Shown here in pieces: positions 35,913-49,941 of a stretch of DNA of 64,000 nucleotides. The notes under the pieces are model-generated. The model worked only from the letters and a program-made list of their open reading frames with translations, did not search any database and was not told the DNA's origin. Position 1 is the first letter of the stretch; every line of letters starts with the position of its first letter. Source of the stretch: Dendrobates tinctorius (lineage: Eukaryota); assembly GCF_039654945.1 (NCBI RefSeq), contig NW_027361773.1:11904001-11968000 (forward strand), in the 5' to 3' direction. The translations under genes and the position numbers were made by a program.

Positions 35913-36900
35913 GAATAAAGTTTGATTTATTTTTGTAAGTTGGCAAAATACATACATTTAAGTTGGACTAACCTGGGTCACTGCCTCTTACGGCACTGTC
36001 GTGTAAGCAGCTGCATTACAGCTTATATAGACATTTTATGAATGGTAAAAAGTGTTTTTCCACAGCGATAACAGATCATCCAAGCGTGTTTGAAAAGATG
36101 GATCAATGGCAATCAGTTGGTGAGACATCCTCTTTAATGCAGCTTTGCTCCAAAGCCATCACCAAATACCCTTAGCTACTCATGAGGCAAATGGGATATA
36201 GGCTACGTTCCTACAATGAGTATATGCTGAGTTTTTGATGTTGCAGATTTTTTGCATCGCTGCACCTCTTAGGTAAATTTGATAACTTGTGTTTTTTTCA
36301 TTGCGTTTTTCAGTGCAATGTTTTACTTCCTTTTTATCGTGTTTTTATTGCTGCCGTTTTTGTTTCTTTTTAGCATATAATATTTTAAATAAAGCTGTTT
36401 TGTTTTTTATACATCCTGGTATTTGGCTTTGATAACATCTTATTGATACTTTCATGTGCAGAATATGTTCATTTTCTGCTCCGGAAAGACAATAAAGACG
36501 CAAATGCATTTTTACCTTAAGATTTTAGTTATCTAACAAAATACTATTGAGAAAATTTGTGCAGAAAACTCATCATGTCCACAAGACAAATTGATAAGTT
36601 GCAACGTTCCTTCCAACACGCAATGCAGGTCAGTTTACATGAGATTTTTTTAAATGCTATTCACTTTGCCGAAGCATACACTGCATTTTTTTTGTGGTGA
36701 AAATACACATGGACACTCTGATGATATACTGATGCAAAACACTGATGACACCAGTACCATTTTTTCACATACGTGTTTAAACATGGAATTAGTGACTAAG
36801 GCCTTAGCTTTATCATTGTATGTAATTTATCATCATGTTTAGCTGCAAGAAAGCATTGTCAACCCAACAAGTTCATTTCTTGTTGTATACAAAACACTTA

Positions 36901-37835
36901 CCGTATATACTCGAGTATAAACCGACCCGAGTATAAGCCGAGGCTCCTAATTTTGCCACGGAAAACTAGGTAAGCTTATTGACTCGAGTATAAGCCGGGT
37001 ACGCCTTTTCCCCTGTCCTGGTGTGCATGGCTCCCCCATCGCTGTCCTGGTATGCGTGGCTCCACGATCCCTGTCATTGTATGCGTGGCTCCCCGGTCCC
37101 TGTCATTGTATGCAAGGCTCCCTGGTCCCTGTTATTGTATTCATGGCTCCCCGGTCCCTGTCATTGTATGCATGGCTCCCCGGTCCATGTCCTGCTATGC
37201 ATGCCTCCCCAGTCCTTGTCCTGCTATGCATGGCTCCCCGGTCCTTGTCCTGCTATGCATGCCTCCCCAGTCCTTGTCCTGCTATGCATAGCTCCCCGGT
37301 CCCTGTCCTGCTATGCATGGCTCCCCAGTCCCTGTCCTGCTATGCATGGCTCCCTCATCCCGTCCTGGTATGCATGGCTCTTTATCCCCTATCCTACTCA
37401 CCCATCAGCGTGCCCTCGCAGCGTCTTGGTGGTCCCGGCATCTTCGCAGCATCTCCATAGTTCCAGCTTCCAGGAGCTCCTCCAGCGCGATCATGTGGCG
37501 CAGCTCATTAAGGTAACGAATATGTGCTCCATGCCTATGGGAGTACCTTAATGATCAGCGCCACATGATCACTTGGCCAGAAATGCTGCTGGCAAAGGAA
37601 CCAACGAAATGCAGTGAGGGCTCACAGGAAGGGGAGTAGGATGTGTTCTGGAAGTCGGCGGCTGTCGCTGCGCTCTCCTATAAGAGAAATTAATATTCAT
37701 TTCTCTATAGAAGCTCCGCCGCTTCCCCTACCTCGCCCGGCTATCTGGACAATTGACTCCTGAATAAGCCGAGGGGGGGCATTTTCAGCACAAAAAATGT
37801 GCTGAAAAAATCGGCTTATATACGAGTATATACGG
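36901..37835. mobile_element. Tc2-like MITE with ~29-bp internal minisatellite (about 37010-37390)
   Basis: TA-CCGTATATACTCGAGTATAA ... TTATATACGAGTATATACGG-TA. Confidence 0.85.
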
Positions 37836-38258
37836 TATGTGTTATCATTCAATATAATTGCTATTATTGCTATTATTCTATTACTCACCTTATTATTAGT
37901 GCTTTCTTTTTGGGTGTATTTTTTTTTTCCTATTTGCTAATTATCATATTGTCCATACCTAATTGGTGAATATATTTTCTGATTTAATTAAAGAATATGT
38001 GTCACCAGATTTCACAATACAAACTGCATACATTATTAAATAAACCTCTGAGACCTGATGTGGCTAGTTTACGTGTGCATTTTATGAGTCCAGTCTTAGC
38101 TAAACTTATAAAATTATAATTTGTATTTCAGGATTACATTGTCATTCCAACATGGGTTTTCAAATTAAGTATACCAGTCTCATTAATCACATATTAACAC
38201 ATACTGACCAAGAAATACCATCATACTGGTTATTAACGAAAACTATAGCAATACAGTA

Positions 38259-39720
38259 ATTATTATTATTATTTATTTCTATAGCACCATTGATTCCATG
38301 GTGCTGCACATGAGAAAGGGATACATACAAATGACAGATATCACTTACAGTAAACAAACTAACAATGACAGACTGGTACACAGGGGAGAGGACCCTGCCC
38401 TTGCAGGCTTACATTCTACAGGATGATGGAGAAGAAGACAGTAGGTTGGGGGGTTGCAGCAGCTCCAGTGTTGGTGAGGCGGTAGCTCTGGTAGTGGTGA
38501 GTAGGCAGTGGGGTCATTGCAGGCTGTAAGCTTGAATAGGTGGGTTTTCAGGTTCCGTCTGAAGGATCTGAATGTGGTTGATAGTCAGATGTATCGGAGC
38601 AGAGAATTTCAGAGGATGGGGGATATTCGGGAGAAATCTTGGAGGCGGTTGGGTGAGAAGCGAATAAGTGTGGAGGAGAGAAGGAGTTCTTGGGTGGACT
38701 GGAGATTACGTGAGGGAAGATATCGGGAGATTATTTCAGAGACATATGGAGGAGAAAGTTTATAGATGGCCTTGTAGGTCAGTATTAGTAATTTGAACTG
38801 GATACGCTGAGGGAATGGGAGCCAGTGAAGAGATTTTCAGAGGGGAGAAGCAGAGGAGTAGCAAGGAGAGAGATGAATTAGTTGAGCAGCAGAGTTAAGG
38901 ATGGACTGGAGAGGTGCGAGGGTGTTAGTAGAGAGGCCACAGAAAAGGATGTTGCAGTAGTCGAGGCAGGAGATGATGAGGGCATGCACAAGCATTTTAG
39001 TAGATTGAGGGTTGAGGAAAGGACGGATTCTGGAAATATTTTTGAGCTGGAGGAGACATGAGGTAGAAAGAGCTTGGATGTGCTGTTTGAAGGACAGGGC
39101 AGAGTTAAGGGTTACTCCGAGGTAGCGGACTTCTGGTACGGGGGAAAGTGTGATGTAGTTAATTGTGATAGATATGTCAGGTAAGAAAGATCTGTGAGAT
39201 GGGGAAAGATGATTTCAGATTTGTCCACATTGAGTTTGAGGAAGCGAGAGGAGAAGAAGGAGGATATGGCTGATAGACACTCAGGGATTCTGAACAGCAG
39301 AGAGGTGACGTCTGGGCCAGAGAACTAGATCTGAGTGTCATCAGCGTAAAGGTGATAATGGAATCAATGGACCTTTATGAGTTGCCCCTGGCCATGTGCA
39401 TAGATTGAAAAGAGTAGGGGTCCTAGAACAGAACCTTGGGGACTCCAACAAAGAGGTTGGGTCGACTATTGGCTTTTTAAGGATAGGCGTGATTGTGGCA
39501 TGTTTGAAAGCAGAAGGGAAGGTACCAGAAGTTAGTGATAGGTGGAAGAGGTGGGTTAGGCATGGGATAAGAGTGGTGGTGAAGTTGGGGAGGAGGTGGG
39601 ATGGGGTCGAGTGCACAGGTTGTGAGGTGTGATTTGGAGAGGAGACAATTAAGTTGCCCTTCAGTGATGTTAGATAGAGAGGTTTTGGGGTTTGGGCATA
39701 TCCAGTGTTTCAGGAAATCA
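38259..39720 (-). mobile_element. 5'-truncated L2-type LINE, decayed
   Basis: (AAT)n tail and conserved 3' end; RT remnants PSAFKHATITPILKKP and LYADDTQI. Confidence 0.85.
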
Positions 39721-41155
39721 GATTGCTTGAAACACTGATGTTCAGCCTAGGATCGGTGCTGTAAGAGCACTGATCATAGACTGGAGCCTAGCAACCTAAC
39801 TCCACAATGATCACTTTGGACTTCCACATTCCAGCTTGGGAAGGTTAAAAAGTGGTCACTGTGCTGATCTGTTGCGCTGTGCTAGGCCTTGTGGTGCCAC
39901 AGACTTTTTGAAGCCTGTGCATCACTGCTGGTGTTCATGCTCTTGCTCCTGCTGCTGCTGCTGAAGAAAGAAAAGTTCCTGATCCCTCCTTGATGCTTGC
40001 CTCATCTTTCCTAATCCACCCCAATCCCCCTTTCTCTCTTCCTTCTATTTCCCCCCTTTTCCCCTTTCTCCCCACCCACCCCTTTGCCGCTGAGCACTGA
40101 TCAGTACTTCATCACTTGATTTTTGACAGTTATTTTCCTTTTTTGTGCATCCTGCAGCCGCTAAGCCCTGATCAGTGACAAGAATCACTGATCAACGTCC
40201 GGGCTTGCTATTTTCCAGGACCACTTCCATGCATGCATCCTGCAGCCACCAACTGCTCATCAGTAACACAAATCACTTCTCCGCACTCACGCTTGCTGTT
40301 TTTCACTGCTTTTTTCACCTAATTATTTTTTCTCCTCCCCATTTGCTCCACTCCATGTGTGCGTCCCACAGCCGCCGAGCAGTAGATAAGACCCACACCA
40401 CTGATTAGCACCTGTACTCACTTTTGGCAAGTACTTTTTCCCTGTCTATTTTTTAGTCACTTTTATGCACCACATACATGCGTGCGTCCTACAGCCGTCA
40501 AGCACTAGTTAGTGACGAACATCACTGACCGGCCTCCGGTTGTTGTTTTTTTTTGTAGAAAAAGAACTGAGTAAAAAATAATTTAGATTAGTTGAAAGAA
40601 GTAGATTAGAGACAGTAAAAATATAATTTTTGTCTATTACAGTATTTTTTACAGAATTGAGTTAGTGTCATACAATATTGATGAGTGAATATTTCAATAT
40701 TCGTTCATCTCACGATCGCCGAATTTCCGCCGATTTAATAGCCAAATATAGCTGAACGCCATACACAGCACAAACGCTGATGTTTTCCATGCTGTGTGAC
40801 AGTGTGGGAAACACCAGCGTAGCGCTTCTGATTGGTAGTAACATTACCACTGGTAGAACGTTACTACCATCAGAGCCCTGCGGAGTCATGCTGTCAGATG
40901 TTGGCATGACCCCACAGAGATGCGGTGACCAGCAGTAAAAAGCTTACCACAAATCAGTGGGCACCGGCTGATGAGAGACTACTCCTCCTATCAGGCTATT
41001 TCTCCTGTCACTGATAACAGTTATAGGAGGAGCCGCTGATGGGAGGAGTAGTCTCTTGTCAGCCAGCACCTGTTACTCACATTAACACTCAATCCCCGAT
41101 GCCCATGTTTCCTGGAAAAAAAATCAAAAATAATAAACCACCTTATACTCACCTG

Positions 41156-44100
41156 TGTTGTGAACACTTTTGACCTGGCTTCTGAGTTTTGGCTCCCTCT
41201 GGTGGTTGGGCTCCCTGATTTCCGATTTATTCTCCAGAGTGAAAGGTGCTAGTTGGTTTACCAAGCTTGTCCTTAGGGGGCATATAATCTTATTCGCATC
41301 AAGCACGGTGATAAATGGAAGATGGCGTTTAATACTCCTGAGGGGCATTTTGAGTACCTAGTGATGCCTTTTGGGCTCACTAATGCCCCTTCCATCTTCC
41401 ACTCTTTCATGAACGATATTTTCCGGGATTTTGTGGACAAGATTTTGATCGTTTATTTGGACGATATTTTGATTTTTTCCAATGATTGGGATTCTCATGT
41501 GGATCATGTTCGGATTGTATTCCGGATTTTGAGAGAAAATGCTCTGTATGTAAAGGGATCGAAATGTCTCTTGGTGTACAAAAAATTTAGTTTTTGGGAT
41601 TCATTTTGTCCCCGTCCGCTATTGAAATGGACCCTGTCAAGGTCCAGGCCGTTTATGATTGGGTTCAGCCCACTTGCTTGAAGGCTCTCCAGAAATTTTT
41701 GGGTTTTGCTAATTTCTACTGTAAATTCATAAGTATTTTTTCTGGTATTGTTAAACCACTTACGGATTTGACCAAAAAGGGCGCTGATGTGGTGAATTGG
41801 TCTCCACAGGCAGTCTCGGCGTTTCAGGAGCTTAAGCGGAGATTCACCTCTGCTCCTGTTATTTCTCTCCCATTTCAGGTGGAGATAGATGCTTCTGAGA
41901 TTGGTGCAGGAGTCGTTTTGTCTCAAAGAGATCCAGTAACCTCTAAGATGAATCCTTGTGCCTTCTTTTCTCAAAAATTTTCCCCATCTGAACGTAATTA
42001 TGATGTGGGGAATCGGGAGTTGTTGGCTATGAAGTGGGCGTTTGAAGAGTGGAGACATTGGATGGAGGGGGCCAGACATTAAGTGGTGGTCCTCACCGAC
42101 CAGAAGAACTTGATCTATCTCGAATCGGCCAAGCGATTGAAACTTAGACAGGCTAGGTGGGCCTTGTTTTTCACGTGTTTTAATTTTGTGGTCTCCTTTC
42201 TTCCGGGCACTAAGAATATTAAGGCGGATGCCCTCTCTAGGAGTCTCCTTGCAGATTCTCTTGGTGTGACTGAGCCTACTACCATTCTAAATGAGGGTGA
42301 GATTCTTTCTGCTATTTCACCCGATTTGAGACTTGCCCTGGAGGAATTTCAGGAGGACAAACCCTTTGCCCTATGGGGAAATTATATGTCCCCGACCAGT
42401 GGAGAAGAGTAATGTCTGAAATTCATTGCTACCCGTTAGCTGGTCATCCTGGTATTTTTGGTACCAGAGATTTGGTGAGTCAGTCTTTTTGGTGGCCTAC
42501 TTTATCTTGTGATGTCAGGAATTTTGTGCACTCCTGTGGGACTTGTTCTCGGTCCAAACCCTGTTCTCGTTCTAGTGGATTGTTAGTGCCACTGCCGGTG
42601 CCCAGGAGGCCATGGACCCATATATCAATGGATTTTATTTCTGACCTCCCTGTCTCTCAGAGAATGACTGTTATCTGGGTGATCTGTGATAGATTTTCCA
42701 AGATTATCCATCTTGTACCACTGCCGAAGTTGCCATCCTCTTCTGAGTTGGTGTCCTTGTTTTTACAGCAGGTGGTTCATTTGCACGGTATTCCAGAGAA
42801 CATTGTGTCTGACAGAGGAGTCCAGTTTGTTTCCAGATTTTGGAGAGCTTTTTGTTCTAAACTGGGAATTCAGTTGTCCTTCTCCTATGCATTTCACCCT
42901 CAGACAAATGGGCAGACTGAGAGAGCAAACCAGACCTTGGAAACCTATTTGAGATGTTTTGTGTCTGCTGATCAAGATGACTGGGTCTCTTTTTTGCCCT
43001 TAGCTGAATTTGCTCTAAATGATAGGGCTAGTTCTGCTACTTTGATGTCTCCTTTTTTCTGCAACTTCGGGTTTCGTCCTCGGTTTTCTTCAGGGCAGGT
43101 GGAGGATTCGGCCTGTCCAGGGGTTGATTCTGTGGTAAAGGGAATGCAGCAGATTTTGGATCAAGTAGTGGATAAGTTGTCTCACTCTCAGGAGAAGGAC
43201 CAATGGTTTGCCAACTGGCATAGGACTGTTGTTCCCCGGTTTAAAGTGGGTGACATGGTTTGGTTGTCCTCAAAAAATATTCCTATGAAAGTTGCGTCTC
43301 CAAAATTTAAGCCAAGGTTCATTGGACCTTATAAGATTTTGGAAATCCTTAATCCCGTTTCTTTCCATTTGGCTCTTCCAGGAACGTTCAAGATTCACAA
43401 CGTCTTTCATAAATCTTTGTTGAAAAGGTTTGTGGAGCCAGTAGTTCCCATGGCTGCACCCCCTGATCCTGTATTGGTTAAGGGTAATCTGGAGTATGAA
43501 GTATAGAAGGTATTGGATTCTCGTCTGGCTAGATGGAGACTCCAATACTTGGTCAAGTGGAAAGGTTATGGTCAGGAGGATAATTCTTGGGTCTTTGCTT
43601 CTGACATTCATGCTGAGAGATTGGTTCTCGTCTTTCTCCGGGCCCATCCTGATCGGCCTGGTGGCGTGGGTGAGGGTTTGGTGACCCCTCCTCAAGGGCG
43701 GGTACTGTTGTGAACACTTTTGACCTGGCTTCTGAGTTTGGGCTCCCACTGGTGGTTGCTGCTGGTAATGGAGCTGGTCTGGCTAACAGAAGTCAATCAC
43801 CTGAGCAGGAAGATTGGAGGTCAGGTGTTACAGACTGAAGTGATTTAAGTGAGCAACCTTCCCTCAGCTCTTGCCGGTGATTTGGTTTTCTTCCTAAGCT
43901 TTTTGGAAGTCTGCTTGCCTCCTGCTTCGTCCTGAATCTTTCAGATAAGTTATTTGTCTGCTTGAACCTTTTTGCATTTCTGCCTTGCTGGTGTTAGTCC
44001 AGCCTGGTTCCCTGCTGGGACCTGTGCTGGACTCTGTTTCATTTGCCTCAGCTTATGTCAGTCTTTGCAGTATTTCTAGTCCCCTGTTATATCAGAGTCT

Positions 44101-44575
44101 TTTGTTTGCGTCCAGTTACACCAGAGTTCTGATTTAGTGGGGGAGAGGTCGTGTGGCCTCAGTATTTTTGCATATCAGACATGTTGGAGTTTTTCTTAGA
44201 GTTTTTTTGCTTGATTGCAGACAGTATCCTTTCCTGTCCTTTTCTATCTAGACAGTTTGGGCCCCATCATTTGCTTACTCTATTTTCTGCCTGTGTTTGT
44301 GCCTCATCTTATCTTACCGGCAATATATGTTCAGGGGCTATCTATTCCTTTGGGGTTCTACTCTGGGGCAGTTAAGCTTTCCCCTTTCTCTCTTTAGGCT
44401 TAGTTAATTCTTTGACTGTGCCGAGGCGTCTAGGGCATCGTAGGTACGTCCCACGGCTAATTCTAGTTGTGTTGTCAGTTTAGGTGTTTGCAATCCGCTA
44501 AGTTACCAACCTCTCTGGTTATCTGGTTGCCTTGCCTATTCCCCTGTTATCCTCCTCAGTTACCTAATCATAACA
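41156..44575 (+). mobile_element. Ty3/Gypsy chromovirus; most of the 5' LTR, PBS, gag and protease deleted
   Basis: First ~52 bp of the LTR at 41156 joined directly to RT; full 3' LTR 43706-44575 (TGTTG...TAACA); CACCTG duplicated at both flanks. Confidence 0.92.
41210..43713 (+). pseudogene. Gypsy pol (RT, RNase H, integrase, chromodomain) with stops and frameshifts
   Basis: [54 protein letters not shown]. Confidence 0.95.
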
Positions 44576-46660
44576 CACCTGTCTGCCATAGTCCACGTAA
44601 TCCCGAGTGTTCCACGGTGATCTCACATGTATAACAGTCACATCGAGACATGTGACTGTTCTAACTGGCCACTGGCGATACACTGACAGGAGGTAATTGC
44701 TCCCACAGTGTAAAGCGCTGAACTGCTGTGAGAGAGGTCACACGAGTTAATGATGAACTCCGGTGAACTTTCTCACACAATGGTGTTGCCGTAAGTGAGA
44801 TCACTGGAGATCATCAGCTGATGAACTCGTGTGACCTCTCTCACGGCAGTTTAGTGCTATAGTCTGCAGGAGTGATTACATCCCACATGTACTTTGCACC
44901 CAAAAACCACAAAAAACAAAGCACTCATGCCAAAAACAGGTTGTTTTCAATGCATCACTTTTACTGTCAAGAGAGTAGGTTTTGATTGCAGAAAAAAGCA
45001 CTGTGTCTGAACATAGCCTAATAATGTCCCCTGAGAGCCCTACAACTAATTAGTACATCCAAGAGATGCAGAAACCTTGCAGAGATTTCTGCTAGCAAAT
45101 ACTCAATGTGCGGACATACCCTAAGGCTGGAGTCATATTAACAATTTTAAAATCTGTCTCCTTTTGTTCCTGCAAAGACGGAAGAGAGTAATGCAAGTGT
45201 CTTGTGTTTTTCATGCAAGTATAATCCCATTTTTAATACCTAGCATCCGATTTACATCCTAAGGCTGGTTTCACATGTCCTGATATTTCTGGTGTCAGAA
45301 AAAAATGGTACCGGAGATGTCAGTGACATATACAATTAATACAGTGTGTGTGCAGCTTACTTTACATGTATTTAATTATTAAAAGATTATTTTTCGGGAA
45401 AAAATGGCGTGAGCTCCCGCATAATTTTCTTATCAGCAGAGGGAAAACCGATGGCTAGGGGCAGAAGCTTATAGCCAGTGAAGGGCGTAATACCCATGAA
45501 GCTTCCCAGGCCATTAATATCAGCTCCCAGCTGTATACTTAGCCTTTACTGGCTATTAAAAAGGGGGGCCCCCCAAAAATGACGTAGGGTCCCCCTATAA
45601 TTATTAACCAGCAAAGGCTAGGCAGACTGCTGTGTGCTAATGTTAATAGCCTAGGAAGGGACCATATATATTGGACCCCAGGCTAAAAACATCAGCTCTC
45701 AGCCACCCCAGAAAAGGTATATCTATAATAGGCACTAATAATGGCACTTAGCCTCGCTCTTCCCACTTGCATTGTAGCGGTGGCGAGTGGGGTGATAGTT
45801 GGAAAGGTTAATGTCACCTCTGTATTTTCAGGTGACATCAAGCCCCGAGGTTAGGAATGGAGAGGCGTCTATAAGACACCCCCATTAAAAAAACCATAGT
45901 CATACTGTATAAAAACAAACAGGGATGTAATAGAGGGATGTAATACATCATATGCTGAGAGAGAAAAGACAGGGTTAAATGAGCCATATCATATAGCCAA
46001 GAGATGGCTTTAAATAAGTAGGTACCTGTAGGTTCCCGGGAGAAAGGGATCCGGGTGAGTAACACCGGGTGTGTATCCCCGGCTGGGGATATCCGAGTGA
46101 GGCTATCTGGTAATTGGAAGGGAAGATCTGGGTGAGAGGAGTCAGGTGCACGGGATTTTTTATATGCATCCCGTATAGCTCGCCTAAGGAAAGCTTCCGG
46201 GTTGCCGCTGGCCGAAGTGAGGCCATAGTGCGCATGTGCATGCCAGAAAAAGACGAAAAAAGCAGACAAGAGCCGGTTACAGTGAACTGGGAGTGCACGT
46301 GCGTCCTGTAGATTTATGTTGGGAGATCAGGTCTCGGATATGTTGGGTGGACTCACCAACATAGCCGAGACACCAGGAGATGGACACCAAGTTCCGAAAT
46401 AGGGGGTATCCTACTCGTATATTGGGCAATAAAACTCAAGAACACAAAGCATCTGTAAGACTTCCTAACACATCTCGTTTGTCTTTCATTAGAACCTTTT
46501 ATCCCTTTAATTACCACATTAACCAGTGTTAATGGTTAATGGGACATTCTTCTGAGTGCTTATCCCCAGGTTCCAGAGTTCAATTCGAGACCTATGATTT
46601 TCAAGAAGAGATGTTTAAATATTAAAAATTATATGGTTAGAACCGATGTAGACCCATCTA

Positions 46661-48190
46661 TTATTATTATTATTATTATTTATTGTTATAGCGCCATTTA
46701 TTCCATGGCGCTTTACATGTAAGGAGGGGTATACATAATAAAAACAAGTACAATAATGTTAAACAGTACAAGTCATAACTGGTACAGGAGGAGAGAGGAC
46801 CCTGCCCGCGAAGGCACACAATCTACAAGGGATGGGTGAGAATACAGTAGGCGAGGGTAGAGCTGGTCATGCAGCGGTTTGGTCGATCGGTGGTTACTGC
46901 AGGTTATAGGCTTGTCGGAAGAGGTGGGTCTTCAGGCTCTTTTTGAAGGTTTCGATGGTAGGTGAGAGTCTGATATGTTGTGGTAAAGAGTTCCAGAGTA
47001 GGGGTGATGCGCGAGAGAAATCTTGTATGCGATTGTGGGAAGTGGAGATAAGAGGGGAGTAGAGAAGGAGATCTTGTGAGGATCGGAGGTTGCGTGCAGG
47101 AAAGTACCAGGAGACGAGGTCACAGGCCTCTTTCACACTTCAGTTTTTTGCATCAGTCAAAATCCGCCAAAAGGACGGATGGCGGATCCGTTTTAGTACT
47201 GATGACAACGGATGGCACCTGTCCGTTTTTTTGACGGATCCGACAAATGAAGAATTTTAAAGGAATCGCAGCCTGGAAAAGAGAGAGAGAGAGAGAGATT
47301 TTTTTTTTGTCCAGCACCCAGAAAGAATTTCGGGTAAAATGAATGTCTGGAGGATCCGCCAGAGAAAAAAACGTTGCAAGCTCCATTTTGAAATCATTGA
47401 GGATGGTGACGGACAGCGACTTTTGGCGGATCCGCAAAAATAACGGATGCAACGGACGGCAATCCGTCACAATCCGCCAATAATGTAAGTCAATGGGGAA
47501 AAAAACGGATCCTCAAAAGAAAATTGCGGATCCGTTTTTTTCAGAACCTGGTGGATTGTGACTGATTGTAAAAAACTGAAGTGTGAAAGAGGCCACAGAT
47601 GTATGGAGGAGACAGGTTGTGGATGGCTTTGTATGTCATGGTTAGGGTTTTGTACTGGAGTCTCTGGGCAATGGGGAGCCAGGGAAGGGATTGACAGAGG
47701 GGAGAAGCTGGGAAATAGCGGGGGAACAGGTGGATTAGTCAGGCAGCAGAGTTTAGAATAGATTGGAGGGGTGCGAGAGTGTTCGAGGGGAGGCCACAGA
47801 GCAAGAGGTTGCAGTAGTCAAGGCGAGAGATTATGAGGGCATGGACTAGGGTGTTTGCAGATTTTTGGCTGAGGAATGAACGGATTCGTGAAATATTTTT
47901 GAGTTAAAGTCGGCAGGAAGTGGAAAGGGCTTGGATATGTGGTTTGAAGGAGAGATCAGTGTCAAGGATTACCCCGAGGCAGTGAGCTTGTGGGACTGGG
48001 GAGGGTGGGCAGCCATTTACTTTAATGGATAGGTCTGTTGCGGGGGTCATGTGAGATGGGGAAAGATGATGAATTCTGTTTTGTCCATGTTAAGTTTCAG
48101 AAATCTAGCGGAGAAGAAGGATGAAATAGTGGACAGACATTGAGGGACTCTGGTTAGTAGGGAGGTGATATCTGGTCCAGAGATGTAGAT
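46661..48190 (-). mobile_element. 5'-truncated L2-type LINE
   Basis: (AAT)n tail; ORF2 end PLLWNSLPQHIRLSPTIETFKKSLKTHLF. Confidence 0.9.
47125..47594. mobile_element. PIF/Harbinger-type MITE inserted in the L2
   Basis: TIR GGCCTCTTTCACACTTCAGTTTTTT; 3-bp TSD ACA. Confidence 0.85.
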
Positions 48191-49905
48191 CTAACAAGGG
48201 TTTTAGACAAAGAGTCTTTGACACCCCCCGCAATGGGATTTTTCCTTGTTTAAGATGCTTACAATGTTCTAAGGTTTGTAAGGGAGAATCTTTCACCCAT
48301 CCTCGCTCAGGTTGTAGGTACCCCATCATGGGACATTTTACATGCAAGTCCACTTATGTTGTCTATTTAATCAAGTATCCTTGCGTTCTCGGCTATGTTG
48401 GTGAGACCACCCAACATATCCGAGACCGCATCTCCCAACAAAAATCTACTATTAGATGCGGACGCACACTTCTTCCTATTACGGCAGATTTCCAACAGAG
48501 CAATCACAATATTGCTCAGCTGAAATATCAAATCATTGATCATGTTCCTGAATCAAGAAGATGAGGAGATAGAGCAAAAAAATGTAAAGAACGTTTTGGA
48601 TCCATACGCTCAAGACTTTCACCCCGTTAGGCCTCAATAGAGAATATGAACTTTCCTATTAAAACATAAATTTAGCAAGGTTCCCCCCTCTCTTTTTTTG
48701 GGGTCGGGGACCCCTCTCTATAGGAGACTGTGCATCACTCCTCCAGTATGGGTTCTATACTATACCTGCTTAGTGCATACCATTATGTTCCAGTATGAAA
48801 CTATCATTATACATGTTTTAGGATGAAATTTATATGTTATTGATATGTTTCTATATGTCCAATGTTCTGCAAATATTTCTCATAATTTCTCTGCATACAT
48901 TTGTATATAGCATTATATGCATTTTCCTTTTTGTATTTTAGTATTATTTATTTATATCTCTTATGTTTATATGTAATTCAGTGTTGGCATTTATCTATTT
49001 TCTCACTGCTTTGGTTTGAGTTAGTACAATATATATTATATATATCATTTATAATCATATTATTTCTCTTCTCATCAGCACGCAGGCACATATTCGAGAT
49101 AGAACGTGTCTTTCCATCACTGCCCAGGATGCATGCGCACTCCCAGTTCACTGTAACTGACTCTTGTTGGCTTTCTTCGTCTTTTTGCGGCATGCACATG
49201 CGCACTATGGCCTCACTTCGGCCAGCGGCAACCCGGAAGCTTTCCTAGGTGAGATACACCAGACGCATATAAAAAAAGCCTTTGCACCTGACTCCTTTCA
49301 CTCGGACCTTCCTTTCCAATCACCAGATAGCCTCACTTGGATATCCCCACCCGGGGACATACACCCGGCGTTACTCTTCGGGATCCCTCTCTCCCGGGAG
49401 CCTACAGGTGCCTACTTATTTAAAGCGATGTCTTGGCTATAGGATATGGCTCATTTAACCCTATCTTTTCTCTCCCAGTATTTGATGTATTACATCCCTC
49501 TTTTTGTTAATTTTTAGTGGGATTGACACCACTTACTCTTAAGATGACTCTCCATACTAGTAATGTATAAATTCTCTATTTTGTCTTACATGTTAACGCT
49601 TGGATATTGAACTATTTTTTCTGATTATATTTTCTGGTATTTGCACTGTATCACAATGCTGTTTCCTTGCTTGTGTTCAGCACAAGGTGTGATTCATTTT
49701 GTAGTGTTTAGTACTGATTGATTTTATGAATCCTCTTTCAGTACATACAATTTTTTCACCGTTCTTATGTTTGTTATGTACGATCTATTATGTACAATGT
49801 ATTTTATTTTCAAATGAATCAGATGATTTGTTATATATTTGTTTGCAATTGCTTCTTATGCACTCGTTTTGAAACTAGTTTTGTTATATTTCACAGAGAC
49901 AGACA

Positions 49906-49941
49906 TCTCTTGAAAAAGGCTTGCCAGCCGAACCGTTGAGA
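49906..49941 (+). ncRNA. Degenerate hammerhead-like motif (U3-A8 variant) at the PLE 3' end
   Basis: TCTC TTGAAAA A GGC-TTGCCA-GCC GAAC CGTT GAGA. Confidence 0.45.

Noticed and set aside
37021-37551. Cys/Pro-rich repetitive ORFs
   Set aside because: Minisatellite translation within a MITE
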